DNA of 64,000 bases from an uncultured delta proteobacterium (GCA_963728565.1 CAVSLC010000023.1:224001-288000); one strand, 5' to 3'; numbered from the stretch's first letter, positions 44,807 to 55,832 are shown. Numbers and translations are program-made. The notes: generated by a model not told the origin, from the letters alone.

Positions 44807-45149
44807 CGCAATGGACCTTTCTCGCCCACGTGTTTGATGATTTTATTCGGCAAAGACGAGCGTCCGCGTTTATGGCGCTGAATGTAGCCGAACATACAGG
44901 GACCTCCGAGCACCGCCCAAGAACGCAAAGCAAAAGATGCTTGTGATTAGAGCACGACCAGAAGCCAATCTTTATTGCAAAAGTCTCTCCTAACTGTGCC
45001 AAGACGCGGATCGGGGAAAATAGGTTTTGAGGATGAGCAACTTCGAACTATTGCGGTTAAGCTATTGCGGCTTCTTCTCATTGCTGCGAATCAATCCGGT
45101 CAAATTTCGCGCGCCCGCAAAGAAAGCGGTTCTATCGTGCGCGAGCTAG

Positions 45150-45164
45150 TGGCACGGGCTGTGC
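45150..45164 (+). promoter_or_regulatory. Sigma-54 -24/-12 promoter
   Basis: TGGCACGGGCTGTGC. Confidence 0.7.
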
Positions 45165-45179
45165 GACAATGAACCGATT

Positions 45180-45524
45180 ATGGCTACATCACATGCAGTC
45201 AATTATCGAACGTATGCGCGTGCTGTGATTGCCATAGCCATGATGATCGTCTGGAGTCTGGTTGCCGTCTCCGGAGTTTTGCTCTGGCTAGCTCCACATG
45301 GACCGCGTTCCGGCTATCGATTGTTGCTCTTGGATTTAACCAAACGGGAATGGGGTGAGTTGCACACGTGGTTCAGCTTCATTGCCATTGCGATCACAGC
45401 CGCGCACCTGATCATCGATTGGCGTGGCCTGTGTGGCTGTATGAAATATCTCGCCAGTGGGCATCGGCGCGGCGCCGCTGCGAGTCACGAGGCACCAAGC
45501 GCCGGTGCAGGGGTTGAGGTCTGA
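45180..45524 (+). CDS. DUF4405-like small membrane protein
   Basis: [16 protein letters not shown] and AHLIIDW (two TM His). Confidence 0.75.
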   Translation: MATSHAVNYRTYARAVIAIAMMIVWSLVAVSGVLLWLAPHGPRSGYRLLLLDLTKREWGELHTWFSFIAIAITAAHLIIDWRGLCGCMKYLASGHRRGAAASHEAPSAGAGVEV

Positions 45525-45528
45525 CCTG

Positions 45529-47223
45529 GTGGCAAACGTTAGAGAGCGCGCAATTGCCTATTTTTCCATGGAGATCGGTCTCGTGACGGGGATGCCCACC
45601 TACAGCGGTGGGCTAGGCGTGCTCGCCGGCGACACCATTCGCGCAGCCGCCGACCTTAAGGTTCCGATGATTGCCGTTACCTTGCTTCACCGCAAGGGCT
45701 ATTTTCACCAGCGGCTGGACAGTCTCGGCCATCAGATCGAGGATCCGGTGAATTGGGCCGTGGATGATTTTCTTACGGAGTTGCCGCAGCGCGTTTCTGT
45801 GACGATCGAGAGCCGTGCGGTATATGTCCGGGCGTGGAAGTACAACTGCGCAGGTCCGGGGGGTTTCTCGGTGCCTGTCTATTTTCTTGACAGCGATTTG
45901 CCGGAGAATTCCGAGTGGGATCGGACGCTGACCGATTATCTATACGGCGGCGATCTGCATTACCGGCTCTGTCAGGAAGTTATCCTCGGTATCGGTGGGG
46001 TGCGCATGCTGCGGGCCTTGGGAGAACTTGAGATGGCACGCTACCATATGAACGAGGGCCATTCGAGTTTGCTTGCGCTTGAACTTTTGGATGAAGAAGC
46101 GCGGCGCGCTGGCAGGCCGTCGCCGAACCATGACGACGTGCAAACCGTCCGCGAAAAATGCGTCTTCACCACGCATACGCCCGTGGCTGCAGGACACGAT
46201 CAGTTTCCGATCGCGTTAGTGCATCGGATCCTCGGCAGAAAAGAGGTCGAGGATATGAAAGACGTCTTCTGCTGCGGCGACGTTTTGAATATGACTTTTT
46301 TGGCGCTCAACTTAAGCCATTACGTCAACGGTGTCGCCAAGAAGCACGGCGAGATTACCCGGCTGATGTTCGCCGACTACAATATCGACGCGATCACCAA
46401 TGGCGTTCACGCGGCCAGTTGGGCGGCTAAGCCGTTCGCCGAGCTTTATGACCGCTACATTCCCGGCTGGCAGCAGGACAGCTTTAGCCTTCGCTATGCG
46501 TTGAGCATTCCGAAGCACGAACTTGGGCAAGCCCACGCCGCTGCCAAGAAGCAGTTGCTCCATGTCGTCAATCTGGAAACGAATGCCGGCATGGATCTTG
46601 ACGTCTTCACTCTCGGTTTTGCGCGGCGCGCGGCGACATACAAACGCGCCGATCTGTTGTTTACCGATACCGCCCGTCTCACCGCTATCGCGACACAGCA
46701 TGGCGGGCTGCAAATTGTGTACGCCGGAAAAGCCCATCCTCGAGACGAAGCCGGAAAAGAGCAAATCCGGCGAATCTTTCAAGCCCGAGACCTGTTACGC
46801 GACAAGATCAAGATCGCCTACCTCAGTAACTACAGTATGGAAATGGGCAAGATGATGACCTCAGGGGTAGATCTCTGGCTCAACACGCCGCAGCCGCCGA
46901 TGGAAGCGTCCGGCACGAGCGGCATGAAAGCGGCGGTCAATGGCGTGCCGAGCCTCAGTGTGCTTGATGGTTGGTGGATCGAAGGATGCATCGAAGGTGT
47001 CACCGGTTGGTCGATTGGGCCGCCGGACGGAACGGCAGGTGCGGCAGATCATGATCGGGACGCAACTTCACTTTACGACAAACTGGACCAAATTATCCTC
47101 CCGTTATATCAGCACAAGCCCGATGGGTACCTGGACGTGATGCGTCACGCAATCGCGCTCAACGGCTCGTTCTTCAACACCCATCGGATGCTCCAACAGT
47201 ATGTGTTGAAGGCATACTTCTGA
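45529..47223 (+). CDS. glgP: Alpha-glucan phosphorylase
   Basis: [35 protein letters not shown] and EASGTSGMK; GTG start inferred. Confidence 0.93.
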   Translation: MANVRERAIAYFSMEIGLVTGMPTYSGGLGVLAGDTIRAAADLKVPMIAVTLLHRKGYFHQRLDSLGHQIEDPVNWAVDDFLTELPQRVSVTIESRAVYVRAWKYNCAGPGGFSVPVYFLDSDLPENSEWDRTLTDYLYGGDLHYRLCQEVILGIGGVRMLRALGELEMARYHMNEGHSSLLALELLDEEARRAGRPSPNHDDVQTVREKCVFTTHTPVAAGHDQFPIALVHRILGRKEVEDMKDVFCCGDVLNMTFLALNLSHYVNGVAKKHGEITRLMFADYNIDAITNGVHAASWAAKPFAELYDRYIPGWQQDSFSLRYALSIPKHELGQAHAAAKKQLLHVVNLETNAGMDLDVFTLGFARRAATYKRADLLFTDTARLTAIATQHGGLQIVYAGKAHPRDEAGKEQIRRIFQARDLLRDKIKIAYLSNYSMEMGKMMTSGVDLWLNTPQPPMEASGTSGMKAAVNGVPSLSVLDGWWIEGCIEGVTGWSIGPPDGTAGAADHDRDATSLYDKLDQIILPLYQHKPDGYLDVMRHAIALNGSFFNTHRMLQQYVLKAYF

Positions 47224-47236
47224 TCCCAATGAGTCG

Positions 47237-49936
47237 ATGACTCGCGACAAAGCATGGTACCGCTCGAGCCTGCCCGAAGTATTCGAAGCGTTGGGCAGCA
47301 ACGCGGACTCCGGGTTGAGCAGCGACGAGGCGAAACGGCGCCTGCTCGAATATGGACCCAATGAGCTGCAGCGCGCCCACCGCGTATCGGTCTGGGAAGT
47401 CTTCGCAGCGCAATTCAAGAATCTTTTGATCGTTATCCTGCTAGTGGCGGTCGTCTTGTCGGCTATTCTCGGCCAAGTGATCGAAGCGGTGGCGATCGGC
47501 GTGATCATCCTCTTTGCCGCGTTGCTCGGGTTCTATCAAGAGTATCGGGCCGAGCGCGCGCTCGAAGCTTTGCAAGAAATGGCCGCACCTACCGCGGCGG
47601 TGCTTCGAGATCGTCAAGAGTTAAATATCCCGGCGCGCCATGTCGTGCCGGGAGACGTCGTCTACCTGCGCAGCGGCGACAAGATCGCAGCCGATGGTCG
47701 CCTGTTCGAGGCTGTCAACCTGCAAGTCGACGAGGCTGCGCTCACCGGAGAATCCGTGCCCGTGGAAAAGCAGACGCTGGCGCTGCCCGAGGGAGAACTG
47801 GCCGTCGCGGATCGAACCAACATGGTTTATGCCGGCACGATTGTCACCTACGGGCGGGGCCGCGCCGTGATCGCGGCGACCGCCATGGCCACTGAGTTCG
47901 GCCGGATTGCAGAGTCGCTCCAGTCAGTGGTGCCGAGCAAGACACCGCTGCAGGAGAATCTGGCGAGAGTCGCCAAGGTTCTTGCTCGCATCGCTCTGGC
48001 CATCGTCGTCGTGATTGTCGGCGTGGGCCTGCTTCGCGGCCAGGCTTTGTTGGAGATGGTCATCTTTGGCATTGCCCTGGCAGTGGCGATTGTTCCCGAG
48101 GCATTGCCCGCGGTCGTCACTATCTCGCTCGCGCTCGGCGTGCAACGCATGGCGCGGCGCAACGCTCTGGTGCGCCGTCTTCCGGCGGTGGAGACTCTCG
48201 GTAGCGTGTCGGTGATCTGTTCGGACAAGACCGGCACGCTGACGAAAGATGAGATGACGGTACGTAAGATTCTGGTTTCAGGAAAGCTGCTGGACGTGTC
48301 GGGGGCCGGATATGAACCTGAAGGCGTCTTTACACACCAGGGCCAGAGGGTCGAGCCGAGCGGCGCGCTGGCGGTGTTGTTGCAAGCCGCGGCGCTGGCC
48401 TCCGATGCGCGTCTATTGAGGCCCGAGGGTAACATGGGTGAAGAGGGTGCGTTGCCATGGCGGATCAAAGGCGATCCGACCGAAGGAGCTTTGATTGTCG
48501 CCGGCGCCAAGGCCGGATTGGACAAATCCCGGCTCGACGAAAATTTCCCGCGCATCAACGAGATCCCGTTTACTTCCGAGACTAAACGTATGACCACGCT
48601 GCACGGCACCAAGAACGGTCACGTTGCCTACGCCAAAGGAGCGCCTGAGGTGATTCTGCGGTCTTGTTCTGCGGCGCTGCACGATGGCGGCATCGTGCCG
48701 CTCGACACGTCGGTTCGAGAGATGATCCTGGCTGCTGCGCACGGCATGGCCGAGCACGCCTTACGAGTGCTCGCGGTGGCCTATAAGCCTGGCGCAAGGA
48801 TCGAGGACGCGGAGCATGACATGATCTTTCTCGGCATGTTCGGCATGATCGATCCGCCGCGTCCCGAAGCCAAGGACGCCATTGGTGTGTGCATCCGCGC
48901 AGGCATCCGACCGATGATGATTACCGGCGATCACCCGACGACGGCCGCGGCGGTAGCGCGGGAGTTGGGATTAATAACGACCCAAGCCGTCGTGACCGGT
49001 GCCGATCTCGATCGCATGGACGACGAAGATTTTGCCCGCGGAGTAGAAAATATCGCAGTTTATGCCCGGGTATCCCCAGCGCATAAACTGCGCATCGTCA
49101 CGGCACTGCAAGAAAGAGGCGATCGAGTCGCCATGACCGGCGACGGAATCAACGATGCGCCTGCGCTGCGCAAGGCCGATATCGGCATCGCCATGGGCAT
49201 GAGCGGCACGGACGTAACCAAGGAAGCGGCGGCGATGACGCTTACCGACGACAACTTCGCGTCGATCGTCGCCGCGGTCGAAGAAGGCCGCGCCGTTTTC
49301 GAGAACATAAAAAAATATTTGATGTTTCTCCTGTCGTCGAACTTGGGCGAGATCGTCCTTCTGGCCGGCGCGTCGGCTATGGGCTGGCCTCTGCCGCTGA
49401 GCGCTGTGCAGATTCTCTATGTGAATCTCGCGACCGACGGTTTGCCGGCTTTGGCTCTCGCCGTCGATCCGCACGAACCGGGTCTCATGCATCGTCCGCC
49501 GCAAGATCCGCGCACGGGCCTCTTCACTCGGCCGGTGGTGACGCTGATGGTCGTCGGAGGTCTCTGGTCGGCGCTGGTGAATATGACCTTGTTTGGTTGG
49601 GCGCTTCACTCGGGACGAAGTCTGGCCCACGCCATGACAATCGTTTTCACCGGACTGGTGCTGATCGAATTCCTCAAAGCCTACAACTTCCGCTCGGACC
49701 GGCGCTCGGCGTTGATCCGACCTTTCGCCAACAAATGGCTCAATCGCGCGATCGCCTGGGAGTTCTCGCTGCTCGTGGCAGTCATCTATTTACCGTTTTT
49801 TGCGTTGGCGCTGGGCACCTTAAGTTTAGCTTGGATGGATTGGCTCGTGGTCACTGGCGCAGCACTGACGATTTTTCCGGTGCTCGAACTGGCGAAGTGG
49901 CTGGAGCGGCGCGGCTGGTTCGGCGCCCCGCTTTAG
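47237..49936 (+). CDS. Cation-transporting P-type ATPase (Ca2+-type, P2A)
   Basis: TGES, VPEAL, DKTGT, GDGINDAPAL, SSNLGE and NLATDG. Confidence 0.93.
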   Translation: MTRDKAWYRSSLPEVFEALGSNADSGLSSDEAKRRLLEYGPNELQRAHRVSVWEVFAAQFKNLLIVILLVAVVLSAILGQVIEAVAIGVIILFAALLGFYQEYRAERALEALQEMAAPTAAVLRDRQELNIPARHVVPGDVVYLRSGDKIAADGRLFEAVNLQVDEAALTGESVPVEKQTLALPEGELAVADRTNMVYAGTIVTYGRGRAVIAATAMATEFGRIAESLQSVVPSKTPLQENLARVAKVLARIALAIVVVIVGVGLLRGQALLEMVIFGIALAVAIVPEALPAVVTISLALGVQRMARRNALVRRLPAVETLGSVSVICSDKTGTLTKDEMTVRKILVSGKLLDVSGAGYEPEGVFTHQGQRVEPSGALAVLLQAAALASDARLLRPEGNMGEEGALPWRIKGDPTEGALIVAGAKAGLDKSRLDENFPRINEIPFTSETKRMTTLHGTKNGHVAYAKGAPEVILRSCSAALHDGGIVPLDTSVREMILAAAHGMAEHALRVLAVAYKPGARIEDAEHDMIFLGMFGMIDPPRPEAKDAIGVCIRAGIRPMMITGDHPTTAAAVARELGLITTQAVVTGADLDRMDDEDFARGVENIAVYARVSPAHKLRIVTALQERGDRVAMTGDGINDAPALRKADIGIAMGMSGTDVTKEAAAMTLTDDNFASIVAAVEEGRAVFENIKKYLMFLLSSNLGEIVLLAGASAMGWPLPLSAVQILYVNLATDGLPALALAVDPHEPGLMHRPPQDPRTGLFTRPVVTLMVVGGLWSALVNMTLFGWALHSGRSLAHAMTIVFTGLVLIEFLKAYNFRSDRRSALIRPFANKWLNRAIAWEFSLLVAVIYLPFFALALGTLSLAWMDWLVVTGAALTIFPVLELAKWLERRGWFGAPL

Positions 49937-49947
49937 GGGAATCAGGG

Positions 49948-50079
49948 ATGATGCTTTGGCTGCAGTTTGCGGCAATGACGGCGGTGCTCGTTATCGCTGG
50001 GAGCAAACTTTCTAAGTACGGCGACATTGAAAAGCCCAAGCCTACGATAACCCTTGTATTAGCGCCCGGTCTTTCTTAG
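49948..50079 (+). pseudogene. N-terminal remnant of a sodium:calcium antiporter-like protein
   Basis: MMLWLQF...VIAGSKLSKYGDI, then similarity stops abruptly. Confidence 0.45.
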
Positions 50080-50228
50080 TTCTTGGCTTCTGTCCCACAC
50101 GATTTCGATTATGCCGATTCTCTGAACGCCCCAGAACGCTTTTTCTCACAGCTGCAAATTTACGGGTTGCTTTTTGTCAAAATCGCCACCGAGCAACCCG
50201 TGGAGCTCAACCGATCTCTCCTTTTGAA

Positions 50229-50243
50229 TGGTATGCCGCTTGC
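50229..50243 (+). promoter_or_regulatory. Sigma-54 -24/-12 promoter
   Basis: TGGTATGCCGCTTGC. Confidence 0.7.
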
Positions 50244-50306
50244 TCCCAAAAAAACTAAAAACTGCCGCCGCAAACTGCCCGGTGCAGGGCTGGAAGGAGC
50301 AGGTAT

Positions 50307-51260
50307 ATGTCTCGAAGCGAAAGACAGGGCGAAATTACGCCGGAGCAACTTAGGCATCGACAGATCCATAACTACTGGGCAGGAGACTTGAGTAGAAGAG
50401 TTTATCTACTGCGGCGGCAGAGAAAAGCCATTCTGGACAACTGCCGGCGGATCGCCGTGGTGGGTGCCAGCAGCGACCCCAACAGTCGGAGCTATCTCGC
50501 CATTGAGAGGCTGCTTGGCCTCGGCCTGGAAATCATTCCGATATTTACCGATCGCGAAAGCTTTCTTGGCTTGCGCTGTTTTCGAAGTTTGCGTGACGTT
50601 CCGGGCAAAATCGATATTGTGCAGATCTATCGCAACGGCGGTATCGAATTGGTCGAGCTGGCGCGCGCGGTCGTGGATAAAGGCGTGACCGCGTTTTGGA
50701 TCGAACAGGGAGTCGCGGGATCACGAGAGGTCGAGGATATTCTGGCTAACGGTCACGTCCAGCTGGTGGAGTACGAGAGTCTAGAAACCGAGTATATGAA
50801 ACATGTCCCCTTCCCAGCAGCGCCACTCTCTGTGGCTCGCAAGGACCGGAAGACGACTAAGGTTAAGGAAAGAATGTCTAAAAATCCTGCGACGGTGAAA
50901 CCGGATGACGGGCTCAAAGATGCGATCTGGAAAATGGAGCATGGCCACTTCCGCCACCTGCCGGTGGTGGATGAAAAGGACAAGCTGATCGGCATGCTGA
51001 CCGATCGCGACATTCGCCTGGTCCGGCCGTCACTTGCCTTCTTAAACAAGGAGGAAGCCGATGTGCAACTCTGGTCAATCGCGGTGCAACAAGCCGCCGT
51101 GTTCGATCCCGTCCGCGTCAAGCCGGAAAATTCGTTGAAGGAGGCGGCCGATCTGATGTTACGCTGGCATGTCGGCGGACTACCGGTGGTCGACGATCAT
51201 GAAAACGTCGTCGGCATGATCACGTATACGGACCTATTACGCGAGTTCGTGGGGCAGTAA
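50307..51260 (+). CDS. CoA-binding (YccU-like) domain fused to a CBS pair
   Basis: IAVVGASSDP.SRSY..IDIV.IYR..WIEQG, then FRHLPVVD..GMLTDRDI. Confidence 0.8.
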   Translation: MSRSERQGEITPEQLRHRQIHNYWAGDLSRRVYLLRRQRKAILDNCRRIAVVGASSDPNSRSYLAIERLLGLGLEIIPIFTDRESFLGLRCFRSLRDVPGKIDIVQIYRNGGIELVELARAVVDKGVTAFWIEQGVAGSREVEDILANGHVQLVEYESLETEYMKHVPFPAAPLSVARKDRKTTKVKERMSKNPATVKPDDGLKDAIWKMEHGHFRHLPVVDEKDKLIGMLTDRDIRLVRPSLAFLNKEEADVQLWSIAVQQAAVFDPVRVKPENSLKEAADLMLRWHVGGLPVVDDHENVVGMITYTDLLREFVGQ

Positions 51261-51394
51261 GCCGTTGCGCAAGCGTACGCTTTTGGTTTGCGAGCGCACG
51301 GAGAATTCTTTTCAGTCTTTAGAATGAAAGCGGCCGCCTCTCCGAAAGAAGAGAAAGTGCTCGGTGGCCTCCGAGCAAGCCAGTCGATGCATCG

Positions 51395-51409
51395 TGGCAC
51401 TTCTCTTGC
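51395..51409 (+). promoter_or_regulatory. Sigma-54 -24/-12 promoter
   Basis: TGGCACTTCTCTTGC. Confidence 0.8.
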
Positions 51410-51454
51410 TCTTTTGGCGATTCATGGAAGTTGAACAAATGACAAGGGGGAAAC

Positions 51455-52171
51455 ATGTTCACTGACAAAATCGAGCTCAACGATTTAGATAAAATGGATG
51501 CGGAATATAAAGATCTACTCGGGCGCGTGTTGACGATCCAAGCCGACTGCGAGATCGGCGGACCGCACCTCTATGTAGAAACGATGCTGCCGGCGGCGCC
51601 CAGCAAGCTCGATCAACTGATCGTCGCGCGCACGGCGGCCGAGGAGATCGACCATTTCCGCAAAGTGGCGCGAGTGGCGGGGGATATGGGGGTCGAAGTT
51701 TCATTTGTGCTGAGCCAGCCCAACGAAAAGCGTTTCGTCGACTCCTTCCGTGGTCTCATCACAACCTGGGAAGACCATGCCGTCTTCGGCTTTTTGATCG
51801 ATCGGGTCGGGCGATACCAGCTTGAAGAATTCTATGACTGCAGTTATCTGCCGCTGCAGCGAATTCTTCCGGACATTGTCACAGAAGAACTGGGACACAT
51901 CGAATACGGTTACAACAAAACCCTTGAACTCATGTCCAAGGGTGACGAGCAAAAAGAGCGCGTCCAAAAGGCGATAGATTATTGGTACGTTCGCGCGCTG
52001 GACATGTTCGGTCGCAGCGAATCCAAACGCGCCGAGCGCTACCTTTATTGGGGACTAAAAAGACGCAGCAATGAGCAGGCTCGCGAAGACTACATCCGTG
52101 AAGTCAATCCGATCCTGCTGAGCTTGGGTCTCAAGGTTCCCGATCCGCTCGAAGGCCGCCGCTATATCTGA
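51455..52171 (+). CDS. PaaA/PaaC-like ferritin-fold di-iron protein
   Basis: QADCEIGG, EEIDH, EELGH and ALDMFG..S. Confidence 0.75.
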   Translation: MFTDKIELNDLDKMDAEYKDLLGRVLTIQADCEIGGPHLYVETMLPAAPSKLDQLIVARTAAEEIDHFRKVARVAGDMGVEVSFVLSQPNEKRFVDSFRGLITTWEDHAVFGFLIDRVGRYQLEEFYDCSYLPLQRILPDIVTEELGHIEYGYNKTLELMSKGDEQKERVQKAIDYWYVRALDMFGRSESKRAERYLYWGLKRRSNEQAREDYIREVNPILLSLGLKVPDPLEGRRYI

Positions 52172-52185
52172 CAAAGGAGAACCTT

Positions 52186-52377
52186 ATGCCGCAAGCAGCA
52201 CCTGATACGGAAAAGCTCGACGAGCATCTACTCGAAGTCGTCCGCGCCCTGCATGGGGCGGTGAAGCAGGGACTATCCCACATGAATGACGCCAAAGTGA
52301 TGGATAAAGCGATCGCTGATAGTAAAGAAATTCTCGATGTCATTATGGCGGGAGAGGTCAAGGCGTGGCTGAACTGA
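52186..52377 (+). CDS. Small hypothetical protein
   Basis: AAGGAG RBS; operonic position. Confidence 0.55.
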   Translation: MPQAAPDTEKLDEHLLEVVRALHGAVKQGLSHMNDAKVMDKAIADSKEILDVIMAGEVKAWLN

Positions 52378-52411
52378 GTTCGGCGGAAGTTCGGCGCGGA
52401 AGGAAATTTTT

Positions 52412-52879
52412 ATGAGCGAGGGAAAAACTTATTTCTACGAGACTGAAGTCGAGTGGACAGGCGCAAAGGACCTGAAACTTAGCGGCGGCCAGCAGCCTTC
52501 GATTGCTGCCGGGGCGCCGCCGGAGTTCCATGGCCGGGAGGAAAACTGGTCCCCTGAGCATCTGTTCGTCGCGTCGCTAAACAGTTGCTATGTGCTGACA
52601 CTGATTGCGATCGCGGAATTCTCGAAAATCGCTCTCGTTAGTCTGTCTTCCACGGCGAAGGGAAAATTAGAGAAGCTGCCAGGGAGCGGTTATCAGATCA
52701 CCGAGATTGTCGTAAAGCCAAAGGTCGTTCTTGCGTCGGCCGGCGATCTCTCGCGCATGCCGCGGATACTGGAAAAAGCCAAAGAGAGCTGTTTTGTCTC
52801 CAACTCGATCAAGAGCACGATCAAGATCGAACCCGAAGTCTTTCATCGTCAGACCCAGACCTCTCCCTGCCCTTTGTGA
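52412..52879 (+). CDS. OsmC/Ohr family protein
   Basis: PPEF.G...WSPEHLF.ASL.SC and KAKESCFVSNS. Confidence 0.88.
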   Translation: MSEGKTYFYETEVEWTGAKDLKLSGGQQPSIAAGAPPEFHGREENWSPEHLFVASLNSCYVLTLIAIAEFSKIALVSLSSTAKGKLEKLPGSGYQITEIVVKPKVVLASAGDLSRMPRILEKAKESCFVSNSIKSTIKIEPEVFHRQTQTSPCPL

Positions 52880-53033
52880 GGAGTTCCGGATTGAGGCATC
52901 TGCGCGGGAGCGGAAGCGCAGTAACCGATCGACGTGATATCTGCATCAAACCGCGGCTGTTTGGCTGCAGAAAGCCTCGAGAACTATCCAGAGGAAGCGC
53001 AGTATGATGCGCGTAGAAATCCTCCCAGGTTAA

Positions 53034-53963
53034 ATGGAACGCCCCGGTCTTACTCGCTTCGCATGGCTCTCGATCGCCGCGGCCTTGGCTACCATTGCTC
53101 TGAAGGCTCTGGCGTATTTCGTCACCGATTCCGTAGGGCTGTTGTCGGATGCACTGGAGTCATTGGTGAATCTGGCTGCGGCTCTGATGGCGCTGGCAAT
53201 GCTGACTGTTGCCGCTCGACCGCCTGATGAGATTCATGCCTTTGGCTACAGCAAAGCCGAATATTTCTCCAGTGGCGTTGAAGGGGCGCTGATTGTCCTC
53301 GCCGCGGCGATCATCGCCTGGACGGCGGTGCCACGGTTGATTACGCCACAGCCCTTGGAGCAAGTCGGTACCGGTCTGGCGGCATCGATCATAGCGGCGG
53401 CGCTCAATTTTTTGGTTGCCCGCCATTTGCTCAGCGGCAGCAAACAGTATCGCTCCATCACACTGGAAGCGGATGCCCATCACCTGATGACCGATGTCTG
53501 GACGTCGGCCGGTGTGGTTGCCGGAATCGCGATTGTCGCCCTGACCGGCTGGACGCGTCTCGATCCGGTGATTGCGCTGTGTGTCGCCGTTAATATTTTA
53601 TTGATGGGAGTGCGACTGCTGCGCCGGTCGTTGCTTGGACTTTTAGACACGGCTTTGGGTCGCACCGAAGAAAAACTTATAAAAGGAATCCTCAGCCGAT
53701 ATGCCGGTCAGAATCTTTACTATCATGCGCTGCGCACGCGGCAGGCAGGAGTGCGGTCGTTTATTTCCTTCCATGTGCTGGTGCCGGGAGAATGGACCGT
53801 TCAGCAAGGGCATGATCTGGTCGAACGACTCGAGCGCGATATACGCACCGCGATTCCGGGAGCCACCGTGTTTACTCACCTCGAGCCGATCAATGACCCG
53901 TCAGCTTGGCAGGACTTAACGCTTGATCGGACAGATGATGTAATCCGCAGCAAAGGTAGCTGA
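53034..53963 (+). CDS. Cation diffusion facilitator (FieF-like)
   Basis: [24 protein letters not shown] and THLEP. Confidence 0.92.
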   Translation: MERPGLTRFAWLSIAAALATIALKALAYFVTDSVGLLSDALESLVNLAAALMALAMLTVAARPPDEIHAFGYSKAEYFSSGVEGALIVLAAAIIAWTAVPRLITPQPLEQVGTGLAASIIAAALNFLVARHLLSGSKQYRSITLEADAHHLMTDVWTSAGVVAGIAIVALTGWTRLDPVIALCVAVNILLMGVRLLRRSLLGLLDTALGRTEEKLIKGILSRYAGQNLYYHALRTRQAGVRSFISFHVLVPGEWTVQQGHDLVERLERDIRTAIPGATVFTHLEPINDPSAWQDLTLDRTDDVIRSKGS

Positions 53964-54053
53964 TGCAAAATCAAAGGATCATGGTTTAATGAAAGCGCGT
54001 AGTAAAATCATAAAGCCTAGATTGCGTTCCCATAAACAAAGGAGAAGCCGTTT

Positions 54054-54206
54054 ATGCCTGACTGGTTGTGGTTCGTCGCTTTTTTCGTGGCCTACATTGT
54101 GCTGATGCGCTGGGTGCTGCCTTATCTGGGCGTGCGAACTTGAATGGCCGGTGACGTCGAGTCTCGACGCACTAGCAACAAAGAGCAACGCACAGCGGAA
54201 AAGTGA
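54054..54206 (+). CDS. Candidate membrane micro-selenoprotein, 50 aa with U30 (or a 29-aa peptide if TGA is a stop)
   Basis: AAGGAG RBS; MPDWLWFVAFFVAYIVLMRWVLPYLGVRT-TGA(54141)-MAGDVESRRTSNKEQRTAEK*; hairpin 17 nt after the TGA. Confidence 0.6.
54150..54173 (+). promoter_or_regulatory. SECIS-like hairpin
   Basis: GGUG(A bulge)CGUCGA-[GUC]-UCGACG-CACU. Confidence 0.6.
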
Positions 54207-54453
54207 TGCCGGGAAGCATCGAGATTAATGGAAATCAGGTCCAGCAGACACCGAGGTCGCCTTGCCCGGTGGAATAAGTTCTCATTCCAGCAGTTCCTAG
54301 GATCGATTTAAAGAGTCAGTTGCAGCGAATCGTATTCTGATGAGCATGGAATCACGGCTCCTCATTTTCATAAATGCAAATTAGTCTGACCTTTTTCGCA
54401 GGTCTGGCAAGCCCTGACGGCTAAATTCCTCAAACCGGAAACAGAGTCAGTGG

Positions 54454-54468
54454 TGGCATATCGGTTGC
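54454..54468 (+). promoter_or_regulatory. Sigma-54 -24/-12 promoter
   Basis: TGGCATATCGGTTGC. Confidence 0.75.
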
Positions 54469-54550
54469 TCTTCTCTAAGCCGTGACCCTGGTTGCGCTCG
54501 AAGTTTGCACAAACGCAACAACACTGGGTCGGTGCAGGAGGAGAGATAGT

Positions 54551-55828
54551 GTGAAATCTTACCTGGGTATGGGCCGCAGTCGGGTGTTGCTGGTTTGCGG
54601 TGCGCTGGCGATGTTTGCGGCTGCTTTGTGGCTGTGGCTCCGCCCCGCCACCGTGACCACCGCCGAAGTGAGCGCCCGCGAGATCAGTCCAGCTATACAC
54701 GCGGTCGGGACGGTGGAAGCCAGGGTCCTGGTTCAGCTGGCCGCCAAGATCGGCGGGCGAATCAGCAGAATGCATGTCGATCAGGGTGACACCGTGCGAG
54801 CCGGCCAGATCCTTGCTCAACTGGAGGATTCTGAATCGACTGCGGAGGTTCAACGCGGCGCTGCGAACTTGGAACGAGCCAAGCTTGCTTTACATGCGCA
54901 GCAAGCAGCCCTGCTGCGGGCGCAAGCAGCACTCTCCGCCGCTGAAGCAATCGTCCTCAAAGCGCGCGCAAACCGTGCGCTTGCTTATGCCAATGCGGCG
55001 CGCTGGGGAAAGCTCGAGGCCGCGGAACTCGTAGCCAAGATCGAGCTCGATGAACGGGCTAACGCCGCCGAATTGGCTGATGCTGAGTTAAAAAGTGCCG
55101 AGGCGCTGCGCGAAGCGGCAGCCAAAGAGGCCGCGGTTCAGCAAGTCGCATTGAAGATCGTTCCCCATGACATCGCCGCTGCAGCGGCTGCCCTTGCTTC
55201 GCTTCAGGCTAGAAAAGCCGACACGGTAATCGCCAGTTCGACCGACGGTTATATAGTGAGCCGGGAAGTTGAAACCGGCGGCGCGGTCAATCCCGGAACG
55301 CCAATTCTCAAGCTCGCTGATCCGCGCACCATCTGGGCTACCGTGTATGTCGACGAGCGCGAAGCAGGTTCTCTCGAGATCGGAAACGCAGCCGACATCA
55401 CGTTGCGCTCGATGCCGGAGCGGGTCTTGACTGGCAAGGTCGCGCGCATCCGGCGCGAAAGCGATCGCGTTACCGAGCAGCTCACGGTGGACATAAGCTT
55501 CGATACACCGCCGGATCAATTGCGCCTCGGCCAGCAAGCAGAGGCGCTAATCCGAGCGGCGCCGCGAAATGTTATTGCCATGTCCGATGCAGCAGTTGTG
55601 CAGTCCGCGAGGGGAGCCGGCGCCTGGATCGTTGTCGCTGGCCGCCTGCGCCTCCGGCCAGTGCGGTTAGGGGCAGTCGATCCCTCCGGCTGGGTTGAAG
55701 TACTGCAAGGACTTTCTGTCGGCGATCACGTGGTGGTCGCTCCCGGCAAATTCTCAGATCCTAAAAACGAGGGGCGGCGCGTCATCGCGCAGCCGCGATC
55801 CTCAACCATCGCGGTCGCCAGCCAGTAA
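54551..55828 (+). CDS. Efflux periplasmic adaptor (HlyD/MFP family)
   Basis: N-terminal TM helix, KIGGRI...VDQGDTV.AGQ lipoyl-like half, long coiled coil and VEVLQGL..GD.VV. Confidence 0.88.
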   Translation: MKSYLGMGRSRVLLVCGALAMFAAALWLWLRPATVTTAEVSAREISPAIHAVGTVEARVLVQLAAKIGGRISRMHVDQGDTVRAGQILAQLEDSESTAEVQRGAANLERAKLALHAQQAALLRAQAALSAAEAIVLKARANRALAYANAARWGKLEAAELVAKIELDERANAAELADAELKSAEALREAAAKEAAVQQVALKIVPHDIAAAAAALASLQARKADTVIASSTDGYIVSREVETGGAVNPGTPILKLADPRTIWATVYVDEREAGSLEIGNAADITLRSMPERVLTGKVARIRRESDRVTEQLTVDISFDTPPDQLRLGQQAEALIRAAPRNVIAMSDAAVVQSARGAGAWIVVAGRLRLRPVRLGAVDPSGWVEVLQGLSVGDHVVVAPGKFSDPKNEGRRVIAQPRSSTIAVASQ

Positions 55829-55832
55829 ACTC

